A stretch of DNA of 63,302 bases, filler included, from Choristocarpus tenellus KU-1152 (Eukaryota > Protista > Phaeophyceae): assembly GCA_964200185.2 (NCBI GenBank). It is 9 parts of 9 records of this genome, joined end to end, with 100 filler letters (N's around TTAATTAATTAA, not from the genome) between each part and the next. Parts side by side here need not be neighbours in the genome. Positions count along the whole stretch, not along the records: positions 34,315 to 39,643 come from CAXNAD020011138.1; positions 39,744 to 44,106 come from CAXNAD020014907.1; positions 44,207 to 48,927 come from CAXNAD020013340.1; positions 49,028 to 53,606 come from CAXNAD020013927.1; 5 more parts are not named here. One strand, given 5' to 3'. A program made the position numbers and the translations under genes. The notes below the pieces were generated by a model that saw only the letters and a program-made list of their open reading frames with translations, was not told the DNA's origin and did not search any database. The first letter of the stretch is position 1. Each line of letters begins with the position of its first letter. Of this stretch, positions 39,468 through 52,424 are shown piece by piece.

Positions 39468-39643
39468 AAAAAATAGACTTTTGTACCGAACTTCTCGTAT
39501 TCGGGCGACTTGGTACAAAACCCCAGAGATATTCACGCGATTTTGGCGCGCGCGTAAAAAATTCTCGCGAAAAGTGCCTTTCTTCCTGAGTCTTGACCAC
39601 ACAGCAGTACAGTACGTTGCTGGTAGGGGAATAAAGTGGAAGC

Positions 39644-39743
39644 NNNNNNNNNNNNNNNNNNNNNNNNNNNNNNNNNNNNNNNNNNNNTTAATTAATTAAN
39701 NNNNNNNNNNNNNNNNNNNNNNNNNNNNNNNNNNNNNNNNNNN
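39644..39743. other. Artificial contig linker
   Basis: N-run + TTAATTAATTAA + N-run. Confidence 0.98.
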
Positions 39744-39860
39744 AGAAAAACGGGTTCCGCCCCCGACAACCGCACGCTCGGAGACAAACCCCACTAAAAA
39801 ACCCCCCCCTCCGACAGGCCCCCCCCCCCCCCCCCCCCCCCCCCCCACATACTTTGAGCC
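39744..39860. mobile_element. MITE family 2-like partial copy at contig start
   Basis: Ends (C)nACATACTTTGAGCC. Confidence 0.65.
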
Positions 39861-40313
39861 AAAGGTGTATCAGATCAAGTATAAACCAGGTCACAACACA
39901 CTTTCACTCAGTTGCGGTTGCTACTGTATGCTGTGGTTTGAATGTATGAATTGGGATCAACATCTTTTTGGGGTTGGTCAAATTAGCTATCAATTGTGAC
40001 ACCATAGAGGTACCCGGCACATGAAAGAACGTTGTAAGTTGAGTGGTGAGGAAGGGTTGGAGGGGTAATCTTGAACACACTGCATGACACTTGATGCTGA
40101 GTGAAATAAAGTTTTTGTACTCCTTTCAATCTTACTGCCATGAGCACCTCAGAATAATCAACTATTTTTCCTGCTAGCTTGCAAAACCTGTGCAATGTAC
40201 AAATACAAAGTGACTACGGCACTGGAAGGTGAATGTTAAGGAAGAGTAAGTTATAAGAACAGGGCACACATCGTACAAAAGTTAACTACCCAAGTTAATT
40301 CAAATTCATCATT

Positions 40314-40574
40314 GAGCCAAAGTATCTTACAAGGTAGAGTCTCGTCCATTTGGGGGTCAAAATCCAATGTTGCAATTTTGATGTAATTTTGTCTATCGTG
40401 TTTGTCAGGAAGTGTCAATATCCTAGTCCCGGACACACCTTTTCATAACGTGTATGTATTTTACCTACTCTGAAATGTTTCGGAATGGGTAAAATGTCAT
40501 AAAATACCCATGGGAAGCCAAACCCCAAATGGACAAACAGGAGAAAATTCGTACCCTCTAAGATAATTGCACTC
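40314..40574. mobile_element. MITE family 1, full copy, TSD ATT
   Basis: GAGCCAAAGTATCTTACAAGGT ... ACCCTCTAAGATAATTGCACTC, flanked by ATT/ATT. Confidence 0.9.
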
Positions 40575-43133
40575 ATTGCTCGCCTTGTATGCCAACAACC
40601 AGGTGCTTGTTCTCAGCTTTGTTTGACATTTACCAGAAGTTACGGCCAACAGACAGCTTTGATTTTGTGCAGGATGCATGGAGATCAGGGAGGCTAGCAC
40701 CATTACGCCAATCCAGCTTCAGCTCCTTCTGACCCATTCCCCAATATTTAATTTACAATCATCTAGGTTGAAACGATAGTAAAATGTTAGGGAATGAGAG
40801 AGAAAGAGCAGGAAGTCCAGTACTTCTACCAATTGATTGGTGTAAAATCAAGATGAGCCAATAGGATCAATTCACCTTGCAGCCTTCCCTAAATCCAACC
40901 TTGTTCTGAGCATGGACCACAATATATTGCTTGTACTGCTGCAATGAGATGGAGGGAATACTGGCAACTGTTGGTCTCAAGACAAAATGCTGTTACAACT
41001 GCTACAGCAGAGACAGAGTAACAATACTTCTGTATCTCTATATTCTTGTGCTGGTCATTCCCGTACTGACTTCAAGAGTATCTTTTACAGCATTCACAAC
41101 TCTTGATTGACATGTTTTTTACTCCTTGCATAGCATTTTGAGTATTGTGAGTACATTAGCTGGTACCTTATTCACTCTTCCCCTAAGACTACAAGTAGTA
41201 CAAGAACCACTGTTGCCCTCAACGGGGAGTGACCTGTCAGGAATGGAAGTGAGTGTGTGGAGTTATGCACCGTTCTAAAAGCAAGGCTCATTTAGGGGCT
41301 AAGGATATTTCGATGAGGAAAGTGCTGAATGGGAGAGAAGAGCAGAGGTGCTTACCAGTGTACTGCTTATCTGCCATACGTATAATTGTGTGTACTTGGA
41401 AGTATTCAATAACAATTCTTGACATTCGGACTCTGCCTTCCGATATCTTCCTTGTCTACAAAGTTGTAGTCTGTCTCTTGTTACAGGAAACAAGACAGGC
41501 AACTGTTTAAAAAGGAACAACCAAACAACAACAGCGAATCGTAACAACTTTGCGAAAAGATAATGTTATCCTCCAGAGCATTTGCTTATTCTGTCTTTCT
41601 TTTAAAAGTTGATGTATGAAGAAGTCGTTATTGGTACGCTGTGAATGGTCGATCCCTCACCAACACTTGAAAAACAAGCGAACGGTGTTCAAGGTAGGGG
41701 CGATCGTCACTACAGGGGAGGAATCCTAGCACGAGACTGAAGAGCTCTGTAAGAGAGACTCTTCTGAATGGTGAAGTATGGCAATTCACAAAGTCGGTAA
41801 ATAATGAGCCCACTCCAAAAGCCTGCGGTCTCCAAATCAACTTCTCCAGTCAACTACATTTCTATGTTCATCGACACACAAAGGAGCTGGAAAGCGCCTG
41901 CAGATAGCCCAGCGAAGAACCAAACAGCAAATTAGAAGGAGAACATAGATATGTCTGGGCGAAAAGATTCCTTGTAGTATATCTTCCGGTTTGTGGCCTG
42001 CTGGGATATATGTAGAGTCTATTGTTTTTGTCTTCCCCCCAAAACAGTCACCAAATGTCAGCGCGCACTTATTACTAATATCCTCCCCTGTTAAACTCAC
42101 CCTCCAAGGTCACTAGTTATGTGGAGGTATGCACATGTGTGTTCACATTGTTATGGAATGAGCGACACTTGCTCTAGGGACATTCTAGCCGTGTCCAGAG
42201 TCATAAGTTCCATTGACTTTTTGACAATCTTGCTCGCCACTGGACCATCCAGAGGTCGACGCTCTCATAGCATACTTTTCTTCTTTATCCTTTCTGTTTG
42301 ATAATTTCAGGTGGTCTTGATTACCATCTGTCTCACTCTATCTTTTTGTTCTGGTTTCGGGGTCCTTGACTCGAGAAATCCAAGTTGATGAAGTACAGTG
42401 CTTAAGGTCCTATCCATTGTCCCTGAGTGCTGTTGTATCCTTTGTACACATTCGGTCACATAACTTCTAGGATATTTGAGCTGGAGAGTGGTGCTCCTTT
42501 GCCGTCCACCTTCTGTACCTTTGAGAGTTGTGACCGCTCCCCGTACTTGAGTGACTAGGGTCATACCTACTATAATTTGTATTCCTCCCTGCAACAGAAG
42601 CATGTCTGTACAATGCAACACATGTTTGAGTTTGGTAACTGAACCGAGGTGCAAACAAAATAAAAAAAATGACTGATTGTGCTGGTTTATGGCGAGAGGA
42701 GTTAGATCTAGGAATTTTTCTTGGTTGGAGGCCCTAAACACCTGCACCACCTCCATTCCCTCCACCTATTATGCTATGGTATTGTTATAATCGTTTTATT
42801 GTTTTCTTCACTAGGTCTGGGACCAGGGACCTCGCTCGATTCCACCTAGCCCCAACCCACTATCAGAGATACTACTACTTCTCGATAGGTACACGAACTA
42901 CTCATGTACGATTAATTATTGCACTGTCCTGTGTATTCCTTCCGTTTTTCTCGTACGTTGGATTTTGCTATCACATTGCTCGTTCCTCTGCTTCCTCCCT
43001 CAAATCTTATGGAGTACTCATTTGGTCGCAACGAAGGATTGTCACCACGGTTCACATTTTCCGTGTTCTTTTTCGTGGTTTAGATATAGGAGAGCGCAGA
43101 TTTATTGTTCCGATGTGCTTATCACATGATCCA

Positions 43134-43310
43134 GGCTTAAATTATCTGGGGGGGGGGAACTACTCCAGGGTGTCCGTTCAGGCCATGACCAGGATAAGGG
43201 AACTTACATTATTCATTCAACGCATACAACTAAATCACCCCAAAATCGCGACTTGGAAAAATGGCCCCGAATAGACAGCCGCCATCCCCTCCCCCCAGAT
43301 ACTTTGATCC
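43134..43310. mobile_element. MITE family 2, full copy, TSD TCCA
   Basis: GGCTTAAATTATCTGGGGGG ... CCCCCCAGATACTTTGATCC, flanked by TCCA/TCCA. Confidence 0.9.
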
Positions 43311-44033
43311 TCCATCTAAATACAAAATCCCTGAAAAGAAAAATCTGACCTTGATTGGGTTTAAATGCATTCGTTCATTCCCTTTGACCAAAGCTGGTAG
43401 ACTACCACTGGGCTACAAGGATGCCTCCTATGCCAGCCCATGTGTTCCTACGACTGAATGTATTATCCACCTACTTCCATGAGGGACGTTCTACACAAGG
43501 GGGTTCGTATCCAGTCCTCCCATAACCTTATTTTTCAACCATTCACCCCCCATTCAGACTCCTCGCCTGGGCATGTCCCACCTCCTGCTACTATTACAGC
43601 AGTAGCAGTGGTGCATCCCTATGCCATTGCATTGATGAGCTGAAAGCAGTGTTGATCAAGAAGACACCCCATCATTTTTTTGTGCAGTTGCTTGCTTCAG
43701 CGGGCTACACACTCTTACCCAATCATGTACACCACACTGACACCTCTCAAGTTTCAACATATCATCATACCAACCACACAAACAGAGAAAACCTCAGTTC
43801 TAACTATACTACTGTTGTAGGAACTATCAATAGGTTCCTCCTGAAAGTCGTAGTACAAGGAAATATTGTATAGATCGTAGATGATACCATCCAGAATATA
43901 ATATTTTTTGCCTGGGGATTGTCCCGACCCATGGGCAGAGCCACTGACCACTGGACTCCTTCTCATCCTAGCTACTTCATCGTTGCACTACGGCGAACAT
44001 TACTGCCTCCGTTCCGTTCCTGCCTTGCTTGTT

Positions 44034-44106
44034 GACCCAAAGTATCTGGGAGGGGGGGGGGGGGTGTAAACCAACAGGGTGTCCATTTGAACCAAAATCA
44101 GGAAAA
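44034..44106. mobile_element. MITE family 2, partial copy at contig end
   Basis: Starts GACCCAAAGTATCTGGGAGGGG. Confidence 0.8.
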
Positions 44107-44206
44107 NNNNNNNNNNNNNNNNNNNNNNNNNNNNNNNNNNNNNNNNNNNNTTAATTAATTAANNNNNNNNNNNNNNNNNNNNNNNNNNNNNNNNNNNNNN
44201 NNNNNN
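44107..44206. other. Artificial contig linker
   Basis: N-run + TTAATTAATTAA + N-run. Confidence 0.98.
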
Positions 44207-45581
44207 TACTGGATAATGCCTGCAAGGTGAGGTGATCCCCGTCGGTAGAAGTACAGCTCATCTTTTTCACAAAATCATCCATAGTGATTGCCGTGCCACC
44301 CACCTAGGCATTAGTAAACAGTGAGAGGGGAGTAAGTGACAGCATATATTTTTGAGTGGGGTCTAGAGACATGGAGGAAAGGCAGGGGCACTGGTCCATA
44401 CAGAGGGAGAAGAGGGTCCAAAGAGGGATGTGTGGAGCATTTGGTATCTGGGTGGAGTAGGAGGGGCGTAGAAGTGGGAGATAGGACAGACTTGAAGAAA
44501 TGGATGGCGACGAATAGAAAATGCTTCAAGTTTAGATATTCATATGATGAGGCAGAGATGGAAGACTTTCTGGATTACACAGGAACAGGTATATATAGGG
44601 GATATCAACTTTTAAGGACAGAGATTTTGTGGACGACTGTCTGAAGTGAGAGGGTGGCAAACTGGGTGGGTGAGGCCTAGGAAGTCTGAACTATTTGGGT
44701 GGGTGTTGATTGTATTATTGCTCGTACATCACTGTGTCGTTCAACAAGGACAAATTCTACAAGATTTCTCCAACCACTGGGCTGGTTCATGACAATATTA
44801 TTCCTTCCCTATTGCATGTCAAACGAGTGGAGGTGGAAAGGTGGATTGGTGACTCCTCTGTAGTAGGTGCCCGTGGATTTAGTGTGACAAGGTTTAGACG
44901 ATCAAGCACAAGCACAGAGATTAGTAGGGGCAACGGGAAGGGAAGAGCAAGGACATCATACACAATTTCTTCCCTGATCACGTGTGGAACTAATGCCCAT
45001 GAGTCCCATCACCCTGCGCCCCCTTCCTCCTCCTTAGACCTTAACTCACAACCTTATCCAACGTCGAAGGGACTCTGTCATCCACCAACTACCCTGCAGT
45101 GTTCAACCTCCTCCTCCAAAGTCTGGAGAACGTACAAGATGGAAGAGGACATTGATGTGCTGTGCCTTGCAATGGTATGCCCACCTTTTTCTGGGCCCTG
45201 GTTTTTGCATTGCAGTTCCCCAAGAACGCCTTAAACTCCTCCTCATTGTTTTTGATATGCTCAACTGCAAGCTTCCTGTACAAGGAGCATCAAGGTTGAC
45301 AAGATTGCTTCGTTATCATGATGATTAAACAGCTATCTACCTCTGAGGGGTTGTTGGGAACTACTGATATCAACACCGTGAAGAATTTCAAGACACAGAA
45401 GGGTGTTGCAATTTCAATGTCAGCATATTTGAATCTCGGTGAATATCAATATCACACATTGTGTTCACCAATGGTGTTGCTCGAACACAGCAGTAAATCC
45501 ATACTCTTGATATCGCCCACCTCCTACATAATACATGCAACGGATTGAACTTTGAATTTGGCTTTGAGGCACTTGAATTCA

Positions 45582-45750
45582 GACCCAAAGTATCTGGGGG
45601 ATCTACAGCAGGGTATCAATTTGGGTCAAAATCAGGAAACGTTCATTTACGTTGTCTATCCAACGTATGAAACCAAATCACCCCAAAATCACGACATGAA
45701 AAAGTTGTCCCCAAATGGACAGCCACCACCCCTGCCAGATACTTTGAGCC
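45582..45750. mobile_element. MITE family 2, full copy, TSD TTCA
   Basis: GACCCAAAGTATCTGGGGG ... CCAGATACTTTGAGCC, flanked by TTCA/TTCA. Confidence 0.9.
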
Positions 45751-47750
45751 TTCAAAATCCTCCAGGAGTGTCCCCTTTCCCAGCCATGATTTACCGACCC
45801 GGCACGAGTAAATCCTCGCACCAAATATCTCTAAATGCTGCACAACTGTTACAGTGATGAGTGAAGCAGAATTTTTTGGTGTAACAGATGTAAATGGTTT
45901 CCTCACTCTATCGGCGGACCAGATAGCTAAACCTCGTAAATCCCTAGAAAAGGTACAACCTCTGTGGGAGTTTTAACCTGAAATGATTATATCATGGCGG
46001 TTCCACTGGATCAACGTAGCTTCAAGTATCACTATTGTTGAAGAGTGAGGCACGAATTAAGAAGCCAACGCCCTCCATTTACAATTGAACCTTCCCTCTT
46101 AAACAATATTCTCCCCATTCTGTCAGCATGACTACCAGTCCTGCAAGGTTCCCCCTCCTGGAGTTTTTTGCTAGCATCGATATTGTACGTGTACCTGAGC
46201 TCAAAGTCTGGCCTAAATCCCTCATCCACGTGCTTGAGAAGAAGCTGGTGGGCCATGGCGGTGAACTGGCAAGTGCCAGGTCAGAAGGAGGTTTCATGGC
46301 AAGTCCGGAGGAAAAGAGAGACACGATGGGTAAAGATATATGTATATATATATATTATTCTAGTTGTCCTATAATGGCATGATTTAGTTCTGGTAGGGAG
46401 GGAGAGGGGTTCGGCCCCTTCTTATCAGTTGTCTTTTCATCTCGAGGGGAGAGAGTGGGCTGGGGGCATGACATACCTGGTGAAGTTATTGAGTGTTTCG
46501 ATGAAAGTGATTCCATGTTCCTGGAATATTTTGTCGCCAGCTCCGATCCTGTTGGATGCGACTAGCTTTTCGATCCTCATTGCGAGGACATGATCATATA
46601 TCGAGGTCTAAGATGAGAGGAGTTTGAGAGTGTGGGGTGGGGTTCGTAAGGATAATCTATTCATAAATGTGCGACGGAGATTTGGGGCAAGATGAGAACA
46701 TGGTCGATGTCACCGTCAACAAGCAGCCGTGACATGTGAGGAATGTTCGAAGAGCCCGTATAGTCCAGAATCGAAGGTATACGCTTCATATGCCCTAACG
46801 CTCTAGCGATTCAATGGGTAAACCTTCGAGTGTGTATATGGTACTTACCTCGAACTTCTTGTGCATGGAACTATGATAACGTCGAAATATCTCACCGTGT
46901 AAGGTTCCTACCCTGAACGGTGACAACGTCTATCCTTACGTCTTTTGGAGGAGACAAACACGAGACGAGCCAAAGGAGGTTTAAGGAAAGAATTGGGACA
47001 ACCTTCCCTAACTTCTCAAGTCTTCTTGTACCCTACGAGTATCGTGGAGGCGAAAGTTGGAACCCGCCTGTTGCAGTCAGAGTTGCTAGGGTTGGGCTCT
47101 TAACTCATATGTTTGAAACATCTAAGACACTTTCGAGAGCGGTGGGGCTTACCTGGGGTATTTCTTGAATAAGCCCCATTACCTCGAGTGCAATATGGGA
47201 GCCCTGTCCAGCATTAGTCTCTTCAGCGGAGGCCATGGTTCTCAACATTTGCACTCACAACTTCGACCAGAATCGATGAGGTTTTTTTGTAACTCCCAAT
47301 TGGAAACACAGATCAAATCATAGAGTTGTGAATCGGTGCCGATAGGAATCGGTCGCATCCGATCATTTGGGGCGAACTGATAAGCGATTTTTGCTCGACC
47401 GATTATTCTCGTATTCCCCTCGTCATCCGTGCGCATACGAGCACGTCTCCTTCTTAGTGCGCGCGAAGGTACACACGCGCGGACACGAGCTTCTACTATG
47501 ATTTTGTCGTTCATATTGAACCTCTCCCATCTTGCACTTTGTACCATATCGGCTAACTTAGCAGATGATGGATCCCTTGTCCCTACCTACAGGACTGGGA
47601 TTTTGAACTCAGTAGATAAGCTTTTGAAGGCTGGCGTAGAAGCGGTTCCAACTACTTTTAAATTGCAAAACATTTTTCAGGGGCATCTTTTTCATAGGCG
47701 ACAACTGCTTCTTTCACAGGGGTGGTACTTGTGATGAAGCTTTTATTTAT

Positions 47751-48720
47751 CGCTGACACATTTCAAAATGGTAAGAGGGTATAGTGATACATATTCATAC
47801 ATATAATTCAACTCTACCTTTCTTTATTGTGCTCTCGGACATTTTGTAGATGTGTCAGGGGGAAAACCAATGAAAAACTATTCACATATCAAAACAACCC
47901 TTGAACAAGTAGCAGTTGTCGTAAACATGAAAGACATTTTTCTATCATCTATTCACTACTCCTTTACCAACTATGCTACATCATCTTCTTATGGTAGGAG
48001 GAAATAATCAAGGGCTGTGGTAATGACTTTGACGGTACCGACTACGATCATTGACGGCAATGTTTAGCGACCGTAGGGTTTTGAAGACGGTAATCGCTAA
48101 CATACCATACGGTGGAAATTCCGAAGTTCCGATCTACCTATACGTCCCCAGAAATCAACAGTAGGAATATAGTTTATGATGCCCTCTGAATTTTTTTTGA
48201 TGTGTCAGTGAAGCATCAAAATTTACAAGGATTCAGCATTCATGACAGATGTTGCTGTATTAGAAGAACCCCTTCTATATAGGTTTGGTTCCTCCCTGAC
48301 ACATTTGTAAAGTGCTAAGAGGGCACAATGATACGTAACCTGTTAGATAAAAAAATACTCATATTTCACAGAGGGGTTTTGCATTGACGACAACTACTGT
48401 TGTATTTACTGTAGTCCTTGTAATATGGCTTTGGTTTTTCCATTGCGCATCTGCAAAATCTATAAAATTACTGCAAGGACTATTGTAAATACAACAATGG
48501 CAGCCGTACCGTACCATGGTGATTCCTAAATTATGGTTGAATATATTTTATTATTCCCTCTCACATTTAGTTGAAAATATCAAGAAACGGTACTGTGCCG
48601 CTGAAAATATAGAACTTTCGGTTCATATGCTCTACTGTTTCTTTCAAATCTTTCAGTTTTAAATTATTAGGCCCTCTGACATTTTCCACATGTCTCAGGG
48701 AAAAATCCCAACCAATATCA
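47751..48720. mobile_element. Cluster of CACTA/CACTG-like terminal inverted repeats (third DNA-transposon family, degenerate)
   Basis: Motif CCCTCT(G/A)ACATTTT...ATGTGTCAGGG in forward orientation at about 47831, 48182 and 48672, and inverted at 47751-47786 (ends AGAGGGTATAGTG = CACTA...) and 48294-48330 (ends GGGCACAATG). Another copy at about 55868. Confidence 0.55.
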
Positions 48721-48927
48721 CAAGGACCCCGTAAAAGTAAGAGTGGTTTACTTTAAAGGCATCTCTCTAAACTCTATTTACCATTTGAAGGTCAGCTACA
48801 CCACAACTCTCCCTTGGAGGTTGGTAATTACAATGTTATGGGTACATTGCTGCTATGCCTCGAACCTAGCTTAGCCCTACAGGTGGGCGAGGAGCTAGGG
48901 AAGCATCCTAAGAATCTGACCAGCCCC

Positions 48928-49027
48928 NNNNNNNNNNNNNNNNNNNNNNNNNNNNNNNNNNNNNNNNNNNNTTAATTAATTAANNNNNNNNNNNNNNNNN
49001 NNNNNNNNNNNNNNNNNNNNNNNNNNN
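48928..49027. other. Artificial contig linker
   Basis: N-run + TTAATTAATTAA + N-run. Confidence 0.98.
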
Positions 49028-50339
49028 TGGAAAATCTTTTTTACCCTCCCCCCAAACCAAACCCCCGCAGAAGTTCTAACTGTCATTAGACACCCCCCCC
49101 CCCCCCCAATTTTATTGGGACGACGTACCTGTAGTAATAATTCGAGCATATGCTTGAACACTTAAAACTCCCAAGAGCCCCCCTTTTTTTTTTTCCTCGC
49201 TACGAAGAATTTTCTTTGTGAACAAAAAAACATATCAAGTATGAATGTGTGATGTCGACACCAGTCAATCACCTACCCCCACCCACCGAAGCCAACCAGC
49301 CTCAAAAACAAACAAGGGGATTAAAAACCTCCAGAACACGTTTGTACTTGAGTGTACTCACCAAGTACTCGAACACAGTGTAATAATAGGCAGTGCATCG
49401 ATTCACTACACTAAGCAAAAATAATGGGAATGACGAGATGGGTGATAGTTTTCTCAAACAACAATTTCCTCTGCGATCAAGCTCAAGCAAGGGCAAGCAA
49501 GATCCCACTTCAGCTACACCTCCAAGATGGTGTTTGGGTTAGGGTTAGGGAAGTTGCACGGAGAATGCATCACATTTTCTTGGAGGGACAGGTCACCGAT
49601 CTTCACAAGCAGAACAAAAAATGACTTCCTTCTGTGGCCAGGCTGGTGGTTCCCTAGGCACACGTTGATGTTCAACACGATCCATCATGTATTAAAATAA
49701 TACTATCCGTACTGTACAAAAAAAAAGAAATTTACAAAACGCCTCGCAGGAACGTCAAACCCTCGAGTGGGAAGTAACCAGAATAAGGGAGCACACACAC
49801 ACACAGTAAACTGTAAACAAAGGCAAAAAGAGTCCCTCGCCTTCCTGCCATCACACAAAACCATCTCGAAGTCAAACCCACTCGTCAATGGATGAGGTGC
49901 TCAAGGTCCAACCTACTCATTGCCCAAGCTCCTTCTCAGCAAAACAAACCCCCTCAAGCTCTAAGGGCAGCGAATCTTGCACTGCACATCACTCACTGCT
50001 TGATACAAATGCAAATACACACTCTCCTTGTACAGCGAGATGTCTACTAAAACCAGATGGTCCATTACCCTTCAAGGATGAGGTAGGAAAAGGGGGGAAG
50101 GGGAGGGGGCAGAACATTTGTGGAACACCAATCACACCAATCAACTCATCCCCTCCTGAGTTCCCTTCCCCTGCATGTATCCACCTCTTTGCAGGTGTGG
50201 TGTCCACTCCTAAGATGTGACACCAACCCAAAGTTCACAGAGAGCGAAGAAGGGGCAGGGAGGGCGAAGGACATCACACCATCTATACTAGCCCGTTGTT
50301 GTGAGCTTTATGGCCTATTTCTTGTCTTTCCCTCCCTTC

Positions 50340-51804
50340 TCAACCCTCCATAATGACCTGCAGTTGTGGTTACAAAAAAATTAAAAATATTAAAAAATTC
50401 GATACTCTCATTTTTTCATGATACACGCTAACAAAAAAAAATTAACAACCAAGTTCTCACATGGTGATGTCTTGACTGTGTAAAATGTGGACTCGCCATT
50501 GCATTTCCTTTGCCCTCCCTTGCAGACGTTCCTCCTCCCCCCACCGTGACAGCTTCTGCTGAATGCATTCTACATAATATACTGTAGTACTAACCCTAAC
50601 CCTAACCCTAACCCTAACCATTCAATGTAATATGTATTATAACTAATACTAGCACTCTAATATCTTTGGTAAATACTATCAAATAAATCGTATAAACTAT
50701 TGAACCAGACGAAGACCAGGGTCTTGACCACCAATGGGCATTGTTGACTCACCTCTCCTCTAACGTTATGATTCTCCCCTTCAAACATATCAAACCCTTC
50801 GTATGGCAGAGGAGCACCTGCAATAAGCGCCTTGATATCGGCCTCAATCACCTGAAGGTATTAAAATGTACAGCAACATCCGGACCAATAGAATCAGCCC
50901 GTGCATCGCAATGACCCAATAAGAGCAATCCCTTTGCCCTGCAAGAACCCTAAACCTCTATAATACATCGGTCCTCAATTTCTCTTCACCTTTGGAGGCG
51001 TATCAACGGAGGTTTGAATGGGTTCATTCAAGAAGGGTATATGAAGATGCCTCATAGGTGGGTAACAATAAAAAAAAAAAATTCAAATACACCGAGACAC
51101 TCTGGTTTCACTCAAGTTATAGCCCTCCTGAATATTGAAAGGGGCTTGGACTCTAGAAACAGCAAGAATTTGTGCAGAGACATGCCTTACAGGTGGAAAA
51201 AAAAACAAAAAAAAACATGTCGATGCACCGTCGTTTTGCTGCGACAATAATAGTCTTGCTCAACGGAAAAAAAGTGACCTAAGAGATCAGAAGGGGCAAG
51301 CAAGCACGTTGAAGCATCCAGCGTACAAGGGTGTGCGCGTTGTGAGAGGACATGCAGTATGCACTACCTGCAAATGCATTACCTACCTTTACAGTCGCAT
51401 CAAACTTCAAGCATCACAGACGTAAAGCATTACACAAGGTAGGAATATCATGGATTGGCTTCACAAACGGATATCGAGTGTATCAAGTATATCAAGGATA
51501 GCAAATAACCACTCTGCGCATACAAACTCGACAATTTTCGATAGGTAGTAGGCAGGTAGGTAGGTAGGGTCTCGCTTCTCAAAAAATAAATATATTTTTT
51601 TATTTATTTATGATCCTTGTTGCCTCTTCTTACTTTGAGAAGTGTGTACTGACTGCCCTCTTTGGATCATTGATACCTCTTTTAACGCTGGATGTGGATG
51701 TGGTATCCCTTAAGACTACTGCGATGTAAAATAATCATGAATTGGAAGGGCGTGCACCAGAATCAGAACACTTCCAACAATTGATCAGCACCAAATAACA
51801 ACAA

Positions 51805-51839
<35 letters not shown>

Positions 51840-52424
51840 ATTATTATAACAACACCAACAGAGTAGATGGTATGAGGGCATACGGTAGAGACCCAGTTCG
51901 AGCAGGGCGGCCTGCCTTACCAAAAAAAAGAAGAACCGCCTTAATATGGGGTTAGGGTTAGGGTTGGGGTTGATGGGAAAAAAAATAATAGATCTGTCTT
52001 ACTGACTGTGACCTATCATACCACAGACAGTTACTCTCATTCTGACATGCTATGAGGAGGTAGGAAACAAGTCCACCAATAGAAAATGATTAAATTTAGG
52101 AGTAGACATATATATGTGTGTATGTGTATGTAACATAGTACGAAAAACAAATACAATAAAAAATAAGAGAGAGGTATAGCAGATGAAAAGCGCTACAAAA
52201 GGGGAACACTAACACCAATAGAGTAAGCAACCTAAATACTACCCATCTACCCCATTCAGTCAATAGTAACGTGCCTTACCATGCAACACTGATTCAATGC
52301 ACCCCAATGATGTTCTCGCCCCTCTCACCTCCTTGGGTACTGCCCCAACAATGGAGGTTTCGACGTCCCCATTCTTGTTGACCATAGCCAGGTGAGGAAT
52401 TCCATCAACCCGGAAGGCGTCTAC
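50340..52424 (-). CDS. HCF164: Thylakoid thioredoxin-like protein HCF164/TxlA, C-terminal part; exons 52424-52329, 50851-50753, probable terminal exon 50357-50340
   Basis: VDAFRVDGIPHLAMVNKNGDVETSIVGAVPKE|VIEADIKALIAGAPLPY matches the HCF164/TxlA pattern FxVxGIPH...G...G..P...L..L..G..PY. The CxxC exon is not seen on this contig. Confidence 0.75.
50591..50619. repeat. Interstitial telomeric-type (TAACCC)n array
   Basis: About 5 hexamers. Further short arrays at about 51949-51972 (opposite strand), 52938-52996, 53036-53053, 53412-53430, 49536-49550, 28256-28282, 10338-10353 and 2466-2478. Confidence 0.85.

Noticed and set aside
50591-50619. True chromosome end
   Set aside because: The array is only about 5 units and lies within gene-containing sequence with unique DNA on both sides.
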